Source: Candidatus Latescibacterota bacterium (GTDB taxonomy: Bacteria; Latescibacterota; UBA2968; UBA8231). From it: a stretch of 64,000 nt of DNA. The stretch spans positions 2,016,001 to 2,080,000 of the forward strand of contig OZ253462.1 of NCBI GenBank assembly GCA_965261395.1, given 5' to 3'. The translations under genes were made by a program, and so were the position numbers. Shown piece after piece: positions 48,938 through 58,379 of this stretch. The notes below the pieces were generated by a model. It saw nothing but the letters and a program-made list of their open reading frames with translations, was not told where the DNA came from and made no database searches. Positions within the stretch are counted from its first letter, which is position 1. The number at the start of each line of letters is the position of its first letter.

Positions 48938-51900
48938 GTGTTTCTCCGCTTTTCCGTCCAAGTGGTCCCCTTGTGGCTGTGTGTTTGCTTGCTCGTGGCG
49001 GTGGCGCACGCCGAGCCTGGCCTACACTTTGAGCCACTGTACGGCCCGCTTTCCCAGCGCTTTGCAGCCCCTCGCCAAGCCGCGTTTGGGGCTGGCCAAC
49101 CGCTCTTGCCCGTCCCCAGCCGCGGGCCGATCTCATACCAAGCCGCGGTGGACTCCGTGGGAATGGCCCACTACGGCCGCCGCGTCAGCGGGTTCGCCGA
49201 GAGACCGACAGTCGCCGTGGATAGAGACGACTATCTCCACATGGAGTACCAAGCCAAGCACCGGCAGCTTTGGCATCAGCAGATCCGCCGCGACTTTCGC
49301 AGCACCGCCTCTGAGCAGCGCCGGCGCAAAGGTAACCGCTTTGAGTGGACCGTGCCCTTTTCCGCGCCCAAGCCCCTGCGGCGCTTTATCGGCGACGAAG
49401 GCCCCAGTCTCGTGCTCAATGGCTCGCGCACCATTATCGTTTCTGGCAAGAGCGAGTGGACCGATGGCGAGGTGCAGACCTCGTTTGGACGCAGCTCCAA
49501 GTTCCCCTCGCTGGGCATTGAACAGGAATCCGATTTCACGGTGGAAGGCAAAGTCGGCGAGCTGATCAGCGTGCGCATCGACCAAGACACCGAAAACCTC
49601 GGCTCGGCCATTGGCTCCAATTTGGGCGATCAGCTATCCAACCAGATCAAGCTCGACTACGACGGCGAAGAAGACTCCATATTCCAAGAGATACAGGCCG
49701 GCAATACCACCTTAGAACTGCCCAATACTCGCTTCGTCGGCTTCCGGCAGCAGAACAAGGGTCTCTTCGGCATCCGCGCTAAGGGGCACATTGGTCCGCT
49801 GGCCTTTACGACCGTAGCCAGCCACGAAAAGAGCAAGTCCAACCGCCAGACCTTTAAGGGCGGAGCGGCCATCGACACGCTCCAACTCAAAGACTACCAA
49901 TACATCCGCAACACGTATTTCTTTTTGCACGAATTCTACCGCACCCACCTCCTCGACTTCCGCCGGCTGTTGGACGGAGCGCAGTTTGGCTCGGAAAACT
50001 TCGTCGATATCAGCCGCCTTGAAGTCTATATCAACGACTTCAATACGAGGAATGACGCCGAGCTGTTCGCCAAGCCCGGCACGGCTTGGGTCGATCCATC
50101 CGACTCTCTTTCCACCATCGAGTGCTTTGACGCGGTGGGCAATCGCCTGCGCAACAGCGGCTGCTTCGAGGAGGGGACCTGGCATCGGCTCGACCCGGAC
50201 GACGACTATGCAGTCGTGGCCGAGGCGGGTTATATCGTCCTCAACAGACCCGTATCCGACCCGTATGCCATGGCCGTGCATTTCAAAACTCGCGCGCCGG
50301 ACTTCGACGATGCCCTCCAGCACGAGACAGCTCGGCTCAACGCTAGCGCAGAATCCGACTCCTTGCACCTAAAGCTGATCAAGGCTCGCAATGCCCGCCC
50401 AGGTTTTCCCACTTGGAATCTAGAGTGGAAAAACGTGTACCGCATTGCCTCTGGGTATTCCACCGGCCGCCGCTTCGACCCCAAGACTTTGCAGGTAGAT
50501 ATCGCCAAGGAAGTGCCCGGCCAAGAGGACCAACTTTCGCAAAAGGGCCGCTCCTACTTGCAGCTTTTGGGCTTGGACGAGCGCGGCAAAGACCCCGGCA
50601 GCGCGCCCGACCGCGTCATCGACGCCGACTACATAGGACTGGACGACATTCGCGGACACTTGATTTTCCCCGACCAGCGCCCCTTTGATCCGCGCTCCAA
50701 CAAATATCGCGGCCAGCTCGACGAACCCGTCTCCGCCATCTACGACGAGCAGCAGCAGCGCGCCCAGATCGAGGCTAGCCGCTACAAAATCCTCGTCCGC
50801 GCCGCCTCCTCGGAGCAGCGCATTCGGCTGGGCGGGATCTTCGGCAATGTCCGGACCGAGACCGTGGAGGTCCAGCTAAACGGCCGCCCACTGACACGGG
50901 ATACTGAATACCGAGTCGATTTCACGGGCAGCGTGACGTTTGTCGGCGCTGTCGCTCAGGAAGTGGCCGACCCCGGCGCCGACTTGGAAATCTCCTTTGA
51001 GTCCGAGGACCTCTTCAACATCGGCAGCCAGCAGAAGACCCTGTTGGGCCTGCGCACCGAGTACGAGTTCTGGGGAGGCGACGGGCGGGTGGGCAGCACC
51101 ATGATCTACAACAACGAGCGTTCGAGCGACCGGCGGGTGCGGGTGGGCAATGAACCGAAGCGCACAGTGATATGGAACTTCGACTTGCGCGCCCGGCGCG
51201 AAGTGCCAGTCCTCACCCGCATCGTCGATATGCTGCCGCTGGTCAAGACGGCGGTTCCCTCAGAAGTGACCTTAGACGCCGAAATCGCGCAAAGCCGCCC
51301 CAATCTCAACACCAAGGGACGCGGCTATATCGACGACTTCGAAGCCAGCGAGCAGCCCACCTCACTGATCGTCAATCGCCCGCGCTGGGCACCGGCCAGT
51401 ACGCCGGCCAGCGCGCGCTTCGGCGCGGAAAATCGCGCGCCCTTCATCTGGTACAATCCCTACAACGGAGTGCTGCGCACCGACATTTGGCCCAACCAAG
51501 AAGAGCAAATCGAAGCCCAAAACCGGCGCACCGACATCCTGTCGCTAGAGCTGACGCCGCGCCTCGAAACCACCGAATCCTGGGGGGGGATCTCCCTCGC
51601 TTTCTCGACCGTCAACGACTTCTCTGAATCCAAGTTCATAGAAATCTGGGTCCGCGGCCGGGAGGGCACCTTGCACCTAAACTTGGGCGACCAAATCAAC
51701 GAGGACTACATCGCCAACGGCCGCCTCGACACCGAAGACGAGCCGTTCCCCGGGCAAGCTGCGGGCGACGGGCTGGTGTCTCGGGAGGAGGACTTGGGCA
51801 TCGACGGCCGCGACGACGAGGCCGAGTTGAACTTCTACTTGCGCCTGCAAGACGCCGCGTTCGACACCACCCGCTCCCTAGCAGAGCGGAAGCAGGCATT

Positions 51901-54900
51901 CGCCGCGCTCTACCCGGACCCCGACCCCCTGCGTCCCAACCGCTCGGCCGACGATCCCGAAGGAGACAACTGGCAATACGACGGCCAGCGCAACAAGAAC
52001 GATTACAGCCACATCAACGGAACCGAGAACAATAAAAGAGACGTCGAAAGTGGCGACCGGCCGGATACGGAAGACCTCAACAACAACGGCGTGCTCGACC
52101 GGCGCAACAATTACTACCACTACGAGATCGACCTGTCCTCGATCCACTACGAAGTCGCCGGTACCCAAAACGAGGGCTGGCGTCAGCTCCGGGTGCCCCT
52201 GTTCGGCCCTCACGTCGAGCGCGTGGGTTTACCCGACTCCACCCGCATCGAATACGCGCGTTTGATGCTTTCGAGCGCGCCGCAGCCAGACGTAGCAGAC
52301 TCCGTGCGAGCCGATATCGCGCTCGTGGAGATCGTGGGCAACAAGTGGCAGGAAGACGACGTAGTGCGGCTCGACGAGCGCTTCCCAATCGGCGACCGCG
52401 AGGCCCTCGACGTCACGGTCATCGGCACCGACAAAAGCCAGAGCTACCGGCCGCCACCCGGTGTGAAGATCCGCCGCAACGTGCAGTCGCGCACCCGCGA
52501 ACGCGAGCAGTCGCTCGTGCTGGCCTACGATAATCTAGAGCCTGGTCACCAGATGTCGGCGACTAGAATTCTGACTCGACCTGCCAATTACACCAGCTAC
52601 GAGCGGCTGCGCATGTACGCCTATGGCGACTCGACCGAGACCATTGAATACGCGCACGGCGATTCGAGCGACTTGGTGCTCTTTGTGCGCTTTGGCGTGG
52701 ATTCGACCAACTACTACGAGGCCATCAGCCCCATCTTCCCGGGTTGGGAGGGAGGGCGTAAGGGCTGGAAGGGAAATCAAGTAGATGTAGATTTGCCGGT
52801 CATCTCCCAGCTCAAGGCCCTGCTGCAATCCGGGCGGGCCGATACCACCACGGGCGAGTTCTACTACACCTATAGGGTGATTGACCCGCGCGGGGCACCG
52901 TTAGACGGCCAGACTGTGATCGACCAACGCGAGCTAGAAGCGCTCCACGCGGCCGGCTACGACCCCCAAATTGAGCATTTTTCCCTAGACCAGATCTTTG
53001 CGCGGTCGGGCCTGCGCAGCGGCGAGGAAGCCATTTACCGAGTGCGCGGCAACCCGTCGATGCAGTCGATCAAACAACTGAGCATCGGCCTGCGCAACCG
53101 GGCCACAAACCGCTTGTACAGTGGCCGGGTCTTGCTCGACGAACTCCGCCTCGACGAGGCGCGCAATGACCCCGGGCTGGCCGCGTACGCCCAACTCAAT
53201 ACCAAGCTGGCCGACTTTGCCAGTCTCGGTGGTAACGTGCTCTGGCGGCAGGAAAATTTCCGCAGCTTTACCGGCCAAGGAGGCAACAGCACGGACCGCG
53301 AGGCCGCGCTGTCGGTCTCCACCAACGCGCAAAAGATCCTGCCGAGTAGCTGGGGATTTTTGATCCCGCTCAAGGTGAACCTCAGCCGCACGACCAGCTT
53401 GCCGCGCTTCGGCCCCGGGTCGGACGTGGAGCTAACCGACGAAGAGAAGCAAGAGCAACAGGCCGTCCGCTCCAAGGAATTCTACGACGTGTCCATCAGC
53501 CGGCGGCAGGGCAAAAACTTCCTCTTGCGCTGGACCCTCGACCAGATGAACCTGAGGCTCTCGCATTCGCGCGAACACAGCTCGGATCCGGTGCGCCCGA
53601 TCAACGAGCGCGAGGCGCAGACGATGAACTTCAATTACAGCATGCCCCTGCCCAAGCCAGCGCTGCGGATCATGGGCTGGCTCCCGACGTTCATGCCCAA
53701 GAACTGGACGCGGATGGAGTTCCGTCCGCTGCCTTCGAGCCTGACCTACGCGGTCAACGGCAGTCGGCGCACCTCGCGGCTGCTGCGCCGTGGCGACGAC
53801 GAGCCGACCGAGCAGGAGGACTTCACGCTCGCCGAAACCTATGCCTCTAAGCTCAATCCGCTCTCCGGTCTATCGGCCAACTACAACCTCAAAATCGACC
53901 GAGATCTGCGGAAAAAATTCACCCTCGACAAGCGGAGCTTTGGGCGCGAGGTCGGGCGCAGACAAACGGCCGATCTCGGCTTTTCGCTGCGCCTGATCTC
54001 GTGGCTGGACCAAAACTACACCTTCAAGGCCAATTACGAGGAGCAGAACGACCCGGCGCAACGGCGCGGAGTGGCCCCAATCGATTCGATCAGCGGCCTG
54101 CCGTTCAAGACCTTCGACATCGACAGCCGAAACGATCTCTCTGCACGCCTCAATCTCAAAATCCCGACTCTGCTCAAGAATTTGGGCAAGTCCCCGGGGC
54201 AAAGCCGCAAGGCGCAGCGGAGCGACGACCGAGACCGCAACCGCAACCGCAACCGCAATCGAGACACAGACGAGGACGCTCCAACCTCGGAGAAAAGCCA
54301 GCCCGAACAGGAGAAAAGCCAGCCCGAACAGAAGAAAAACCAGCCCGAACAGAAGAAAAACCAGCCCGAACAGAAGAAAAACCAGCCCGAACAGAAGAAA
54401 AACCAGCCCGAACAGAAGAAAAACCAGCCCGAACCGCCGCAAGGCCCCAATATCCTCCGCCGCCTCGCCGGGTGGACCGGTCGCATTGTCGAGCCGGTCA
54501 ACGCCAGTTGGCGGCGCAACATCAACTCGCGCCACTTCAACTTGCTGCATCGGCCCTCGCTATCCTATCAACTCGGTCTCGATGACACGCTGAGGGTGCG
54601 GCAAGTAACCCAAGGGCTGACCCACCAAGACAGTTGGTCGCACACGGCCTCGTTTGAGGCCGGCTCGGGGATGCGGTTGCCCTTTGGCATCAGCATCAAG
54701 GTCAATTCCAAGGAGCAGACCACAGAGCGCAGCGGCGCTTCGCAGCAACGGCTGCGCCTGCGCAACGATCGGACCTACCCGCGCTTGAGTCTTAGCTGGG
54801 GGCGGGCCGACCGGATTCCGTTGATAAAGAGAGTGATCAACAGCGCGCAGGTAAACGCTAGTTTCGAGACCTCGGAGGCCAGCGAGGGCGAGGGTAGCCT

Positions 54901-55408
54901 CGCGCCCGGCCACCTGCTCTCCGAAGAGACCAAGACCGAGTTCAGAGCGTCGTGGAATGGCCGTTGGCGCTGGGGGCCGACGACGACCATCGAGCGCGTG
55001 GTCTCCATTTCGGAGAGCCGAGATTTTGAACTAACCGCAGAGAGCGGCGACGGCACTCAGCCCCTGCGCGGCACCCGCGACAGAGAGCACATGACCACCA
55101 CGTTCAAGATCACCCATAGCCTCAAGCCGCGGCGGCTGCCCCTGATAGGCCGGCTCAAAAGCGACGTCACCCTCAACTTGGAACACAAGCTTGAAGGAGA
55201 AACGCGCTCCATCGCCACAGGTGACGAAGAGCGCGTCCCCAACGGCAAAGAGAACCGCTGGCGCACTCAGTTGTCCATGACCTACAACTTCAGCGCGAAC
55301 TTCCGCGGCGAGGGGCGGATTCGCATCGAGAACAACAAAGACCACCTGCGAGACAAAACGCGGAAGATCCGCGAGGTGCGGCTTTCGGGCACTTTCTTCC
55401 TCCGCTGA
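48938..55408 (+). CDS. sprA: Cell surface protein SprA (T9SS outer-membrane translocon homologue), 2156 aa
   Basis: IQAGNTTLELP...GLFGI, TLLGLRTEY, VRVGNEP, YIDDFE, W.PASTP, DTEDLNNNGVLD, W.QLRVPL and DELRL motifs, with alternating beta-strands to the C-terminus. Confidence 0.88.
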   Translation: MFLRFSVQVVPLWLCVCLLVAVAHAEPGLHFEPLYGPLSQRFAAPRQAAFGAGQPLLPVPSRGPISYQAAVDSVGMAHYGRRVSGFAERPTVAVDRDDYLHMEYQAKHRQLWHQQIRRDFRSTASEQRRRKGNRFEWTVPFSAPKPLRRFIGDEGPSLVLNGSRTIIVSGKSEWTDGEVQTSFGRSSKFPSLGIEQESDFTVEGKVGELISVRIDQDTENLGSAIGSNLGDQLSNQIKLDYDGEEDSIFQEIQAGNTTLELPNTRFVGFRQQNKGLFGIRAKGHIGPLAFTTVASHEKSKSNRQTFKGGAAIDTLQLKDYQYIRNTYFFLHEFYRTHLLDFRRLLDGAQFGSENFVDISRLEVYINDFNTRNDAELFAKPGTAWVDPSDSLSTIECFDAVGNRLRNSGCFEEGTWHRLDPDDDYAVVAEAGYIVLNRPVSDPYAMAVHFKTRAPDFDDALQHETARLNASAESDSLHLKLIKARNARPGFPTWNLEWKNVYRIASGYSTGRRFDPKTLQVDIAKEVPGQEDQLSQKGRSYLQLLGLDERGKDPGSAPDRVIDADYIGLDDIRGHLIFPDQRPFDPRSNKYRGQLDEPVSAIYDEQQQRAQIEASRYKILVRAASSEQRIRLGGIFGNVRTETVEVQLNGRPLTRDTEYRVDFTGSVTFVGAVAQEVADPGADLEISFESEDLFNIGSQQKTLLGLRTEYEFWGGDGRVGSTMIYNNERSSDRRVRVGNEPKRTVIWNFDLRARREVPVLTRIVDMLPLVKTAVPSEVTLDAEIAQSRPNLNTKGRGYIDDFEASEQPTSLIVNRPRWAPASTPASARFGAENRAPFIWYNPYNGVLRTDIWPNQEEQIEAQNRRTDILSLELTPRLETTESWGGISLAFSTVNDFSESKFIEIWVRGREGTLHLNLGDQINEDYIANGRLDTEDEPFPGQAAGDGLVSREEDLGIDGRDDEAELNFYLRLQDAAFDTTRSLAERKQAFAALYPDPDPLRPNRSADDPEGDNWQYDGQRNKNDYSHINGTENNKRDVESGDRPDTEDLNNNGVLDRRNNYYHYEIDLSSIHYEVAGTQNEGWRQLRVPLFGPHVERVGLPDSTRIEYARLMLSSAPQPDVADSVRADIALVEIVGNKWQEDDVVRLDERFPIGDREALDVTVIGTDKSQSYRPPPGVKIRRNVQSRTREREQSLVLAYDNLEPGHQMSATRILTRPANYTSYERLRMYAYGDSTETIEYAHGDSSDLVLFVRFGVDSTNYYEAISPIFPGWEGGRKGWKGNQVDVDLPVISQLKALLQSGRADTTTGEFYYTYRVIDPRGAPLDGQTVIDQRELEALHAAGYDPQIEHFSLDQIFARSGLRSGEEAIYRVRGNPSMQSIKQLSIGLRNRATNRLYSGRVLLDELRLDEARNDPGLAAYAQLNTKLADFASLGGNVLWRQENFRSFTGQGGNSTDREAALSVSTNAQKILPSSWGFLIPLKVNLSRTTSLPRFGPGSDVELTDEEKQEQQAVRSKEFYDVSISRRQGKNFLLRWTLDQMNLRLSHSREHSSDPVRPINEREAQTMNFNYSMPLPKPALRIMGWLPTFMPKNWTRMEFRPLPSSLTYAVNGSRRTSRLLRRGDDEPTEQEDFTLAETYASKLNPLSGLSANYNLKIDRDLRKKFTLDKRSFGREVGRRQTADLGFSLRLISWLDQNYTFKANYEEQNDPAQRRGVAPIDSISGLPFKTFDIDSRNDLSARLNLKIPTLLKNLGKSPGQSRKAQRSDDRDRNRNRNRNRDTDEDAPTSEKSQPEQEKSQPEQKKNQPEQKKNQPEQKKNQPEQKKNQPEQKKNQPEPPQGPNILRRLAGWTGRIVEPVNASWRRNINSRHFNLLHRPSLSYQLGLDDTLRVRQVTQGLTHQDSWSHTASFEAGSGMRLPFGISIKVNSKEQTTERSGASQQRLRLRNDRTYPRLSLSWGRADRIPLIKRVINSAQVNASFETSEASEGEGSLAPGHLLSEETKTEFRASWNGRWRWGPTTTIERVVSISESRDFELTAESGDGTQPLRGTRDREHMTTTFKITHSLKPRRLPLIGRLKSDVTLNLEHKLEGETRSIATGDEERVPNGKENRWRTQLSMTYNFSANFRGEGRIRIENNKDHLRDKTRKIREVRLSGTFFLR
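54290..54436 (+). repeat. In-frame 21-bp tandem repeat x7 within sprA
   Basis: (GAGAAAAGCCAGCCCGAACAG)2(AAGAAAAACCAGCCCGAAC(A/C)G)5, encoding (EKSQPEQ)2(KKNQPEQ)4KKNQPEP. Preceded by CCGCAA hexamers at about 54235-54258. Confidence 0.97.
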
Positions 55409-55417
55409 GCATATTGC

Positions 55418-55807
55418 TTGGCGCGGCTGTGGGAGATATGTTTGTTTAATCAACGCGAGCAACGCACTCTCATCGGCCTGACGGCGGCCCTGCTCATAGG
55501 GATGCTCGTCGCCGTATGCGATTGGTATCGTCCATCGCATTCAGAGGAATTCAGCGTCGTGCCGCGCGCAGCCGTTCCGCCACCACCGCTCGAAGTGGTC
55601 GTAGCCGAGCAGGGTCCGCTCGCGCTCAATTCGGCTACGATCGCCGAGTTAGTCGCGCTGCCGGCAATAGGCCCCAAGATCGCCGAGCGGATCGTCGCCT
55701 TTCGCCGCGAGCGCGGTCCTTTCGAGCGGCTGGAGCAACTAACCGAGGTCAATGGCATCGGCGCGAAGACGCTAGCAAAGCTCCGTCCTTTGCTCACCGT
55801 GGAGTAG
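55418..55807 (+). CDS. comEA: ComEA-family helix-hairpin-helix DNA-binding protein
   Basis: N-terminal TM, LNSAT..EL..LP.IGPK.AERIV, GPF and L.EV.GIG.KT. Confidence 0.88.
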   Translation: MARLWEICLFNQREQRTLIGLTAALLIGMLVAVCDWYRPSHSEEFSVVPRAAVPPPPLEVVVAEQGPLALNSATIAELVALPAIGPKIAERIVAFRRERGPFERLEQLTEVNGIGAKTLAKLRPLLTVE

Positions 55808-55831
55808 AGGCGCACTTCGCAGGAGAAGGGG

Positions 55832-56725
55832 TTGGGATTGTTTGGACTTGGCAGGACAAAGGCCACCGGGATTCATATCAGCGGCCAGACCGTACGCGTC
55901 GCCGCTCTAGACGCTGGTCGCTTCGGCGTCCGGCCACTGGTCTTGGCAGCCGACGAGCTGGAGCGGCCCTTCGATCCGACGGCCCTGAGCGACAAGCAGC
56001 AGCGGCAAGAGATAGCCGCCAAGCTGGTCGCGCTCGCGGCGACATACGATTTCGACTACAGCAACGCCTGTTTCTCGCTGGACCGACGCTTGGGCTTCAT
56101 TCAGCGCCGGCCCTTCGTGGCGGGGACTATGCGCGAAAACCGCGAACAACTCCAGTGGGAAGCCGACCAGATCTTGGCCGGAGAAGCGAGGGTGTTTAGC
56201 TGCGATTTTGTGCTGACCTCACAGTGGGGTTTTGTGGTGACGGCGCGCCACCGCGCCCTCGACTGCTACCGCGCTCTAGGCAAGGAGACGGCGGTCGGTC
56301 GGTTCGACCTAGATTTAGTGCCTTTTGCCCTGTACAACGCCAGCGAATGCGCCAACCTGCTCGCCAAAGACAAGTTTTCGCTCCTGCTCTATGCGGATGT
56401 GGGCGAGGCTTGGCTCCTGCTAATAGAAGAAGGCGAGCTGTCTGCGCTGATCAATTGCGTCTGGGAGGAAGAGGACGACGCGGCCGCAGCCTTAGAAGGC
56501 GCGGCGCGCAAGCTGCTGAGCGGTGGCAGCAGCGGCCTCCAGCACCTTTGGGGTGCCGGCATTGTGTATTGGAGCGAGGGCTTGGCCGCGCATTTGGGGG
56601 TGCAGCATTCAATCCTCGATCCACTCGCCGCGGTCAATCCCAAGCTGCTCGGCAGCGCCACGCCCACGCAGCGATCCGCGTATGCTATTGCTATAGGGCT
56701 GGCCCAGCGGAGGTTAGCGCAATGA
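55832..56725 (+). CDS. Divergent PilM-like protein
   Basis: GIHISGQTVRV N-terminus, LDLVPFALYN, DVG and C-terminal YAIAIGLA.R follow the PilM pattern. Confidence 0.6.
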   Translation: MGLFGLGRTKATGIHISGQTVRVAALDAGRFGVRPLVLAADELERPFDPTALSDKQQRQEIAAKLVALAATYDFDYSNACFSLDRRLGFIQRRPFVAGTMRENREQLQWEADQILAGEARVFSCDFVLTSQWGFVVTARHRALDCYRALGKETAVGRFDLDLVPFALYNASECANLLAKDKFSLLLYADVGEAWLLLIEEGELSALINCVWEEEDDAAAALEGAARKLLSGGSSGLQHLWGAGIVYWSEGLAAHLGVQHSILDPLAAVNPKLLGSATPTQRSAYAIAIGLAQRRLAQ

Positions 56726-57885
56726 TCCGCGTCGAACTCCTCAGCCAGCGGCGGCGGCGGTCTTGGTCAAAAGCCTTGCTTTCGGCTTTGATCGTCTGTG
56801 GGGGAGTATACGGGATCCACCAACTCTTCCCCGCGCAGGTGGGGTCGCTTTTCAGCAAGGGTTCCGTCCTCAGCTCCGTGGTGCTGCAAAAGATCATGCC
56901 CGAGCCTGTGGCGCAGCAAGCAGCCACGCCAAAGCCCGTAGCACAGCAAGAAATCACCCCCAAGCCCGTGGCGCAACAAGAAGCCATCCCTAGCCCCGCG
57001 CAAGAAATCGAACCCGAGCCCGTAGAGAAACAAGAGACCGCGCCCAAGCCCGTGTTGGTACAGCGAGAGATCATCCTAAGTCCTAGGACGCAACAAGAGA
57101 CCACGCCTAGCCCCGTACAAGAGATCGCTCACAAGCCCACAGCACAGCAAGAGGTCGCCCTCGGTTCTGCGACGCAGCAAGAGACCACGCCTAGCTCTGT
57201 GGCACAACAAGATAGCTTCTCTAAACCTGTCGCGCAGCAAGAGGTCGCACCAAGCTCCGTCGTCCAACAAGAAACCGCGCCGGCCCCGACGACGTCCCAA
57301 GCCCCCTCGCCCCAGCGCAGCACGGTCTGCCACCAAATCATGCGGATCAACGAACAGGTTCCCGCTGAGATTAGCGTGGCTTCACTAGATTGCAACTCGA
57401 CCGGGGAGTATCGGCTGGAGGGAACCAGCCCCTCGCACAAAGTACTGCGCACCTTTAGGCTTGGCCTGCAGGCGTTGCCATCGCGGGTTTCGTTTTCTGT
57501 CCGGCGCGAGGAGCGCGCGCTGCACTTTGCATTCCAAGGCCGCTTTGCCGAGCGGGACGCCTCCCCACTGGCTGCCCTCTCGTCTGACCAAGCGGAGCAA
57601 TTCTTCGGCAAGGTGGCCCACTGGGCGGACACGAGCGGCCTAGACAGCCTGTCGATCCACGAGCCTATCCATAGGCCCTTGTCGTCGGCAGGCACTCGCC
57701 AGCGGCAAAAATTGTGGGGCATTGGGTCCCCTCAGCAGATCGGTGCCTTCTTGCACCAATTTCAACAGGCCGAGGCGGTCGCGACCCTTGGCGAGGTTTT
57801 GCTCGTGCCGGTCAAAAGCGACGAGCACGGCTGGGTTAAAGCGCGGCTCTACGCAGCCGTGGACGTCGTCGTGGGAGCACCCTGA
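56722..57885 (+). CDS. PilN-like membrane protein with a Pro/Gln/Glu repeat linker
   Basis: MIRVELL (compare PilN I(N/D)LL), one TM, about 13 degenerate 8-11 aa repeats and a C-terminal YRLEGTS domain. Confidence 0.55.
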   Translation: MIRVELLSQRRRRSWSKALLSALIVCGGVYGIHQLFPAQVGSLFSKGSVLSSVVLQKIMPEPVAQQAATPKPVAQQEITPKPVAQQEAIPSPAQEIEPEPVEKQETAPKPVLVQREIILSPRTQQETTPSPVQEIAHKPTAQQEVALGSATQQETTPSSVAQQDSFSKPVAQQEVAPSSVVQQETAPAPTTSQAPSPQRSTVCHQIMRINEQVPAEISVASLDCNSTGEYRLEGTSPSHKVLRTFRLGLQALPSRVSFSVRREERALHFAFQGRFAERDASPLAALSSDQAEQFFGKVAHWADTSGLDSLSIHEPIHRPLSSAGTRQRQKLWGIGSPQQIGAFLHQFQQAEAVATLGEVLLVPVKSDEHGWVKARLYAAVDVVVGAP

Positions 57886-58379
57886 TGAATGGCTTTGCAG
57901 ACGCAGCCATCTATCCAGGCAGCTTTGACCCCATCACCTTTGGCCACCTAAACATTCTAGAGCGAGCCTTGGGCATTTTCTCTCAAGTCACCCTGCTGGT
58001 AGCGATCAATCCCAACAAAGAGCCGCTCTTTTCGCTGGCGGAGAGCCGGGCGATGATCTCCGAGGCCATTAGCCATTGGCCCCAAGCCAAGGTCGATTTC
58101 CACAACGGCCTAACCGTTGACTATGCGCGGCAGCACAACATACGCACGGCCGTGCGGGGCCTGCGGGCGGTGACCGACTTTGAGAACGAGTTTGCCATGG
58201 CCTTGACCAACCGCTCGCTGTGGCCGGAGTTCGACACGGTTTTTCTAATGACTAAGGCCGAGTACATGTATCTCAGTTCTTCGGTCGTGCGCCAAGTGGC
58301 GCAGATGGGCGGACAGGTGAGCCAATTCGTGCCGCCTTGTATCGAGCGACGCCTACGGGAGAAATTCCAAAATGCCTGA
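57885..58379 (+). CDS. coaD: Phosphopantetheine adenylyltransferase
   Basis: YPGSFDPITFGH, RGLRAVTDFENE and LSSSVVR. Confidence 0.96.
   Translation: MNGFADAAIYPGSFDPITFGHLNILERALGIFSQVTLLVAINPNKEPLFSLAESRAMISEAISHWPQAKVDFHNGLTVDYARQHNIRTAVRGLRAVTDFENEFAMALTNRSLWPEFDTVFLMTKAEYMYLSSSVVRQVAQMGGQVSQFVPPCIERRLREKFQNA

Noticed and set aside
54290-54436. Possible CRISPR array
   Set aside because: The units are contiguous with no unique spacers, lie in frame within sprA, and there are no cas genes nearby.
56224-56721. Long N-terminal extension of the 553-aa ORF
   Set aside because: It overlaps the PilM-like gene with Arg/Gly-rich off-frame composition. The real start is ATG 56722.
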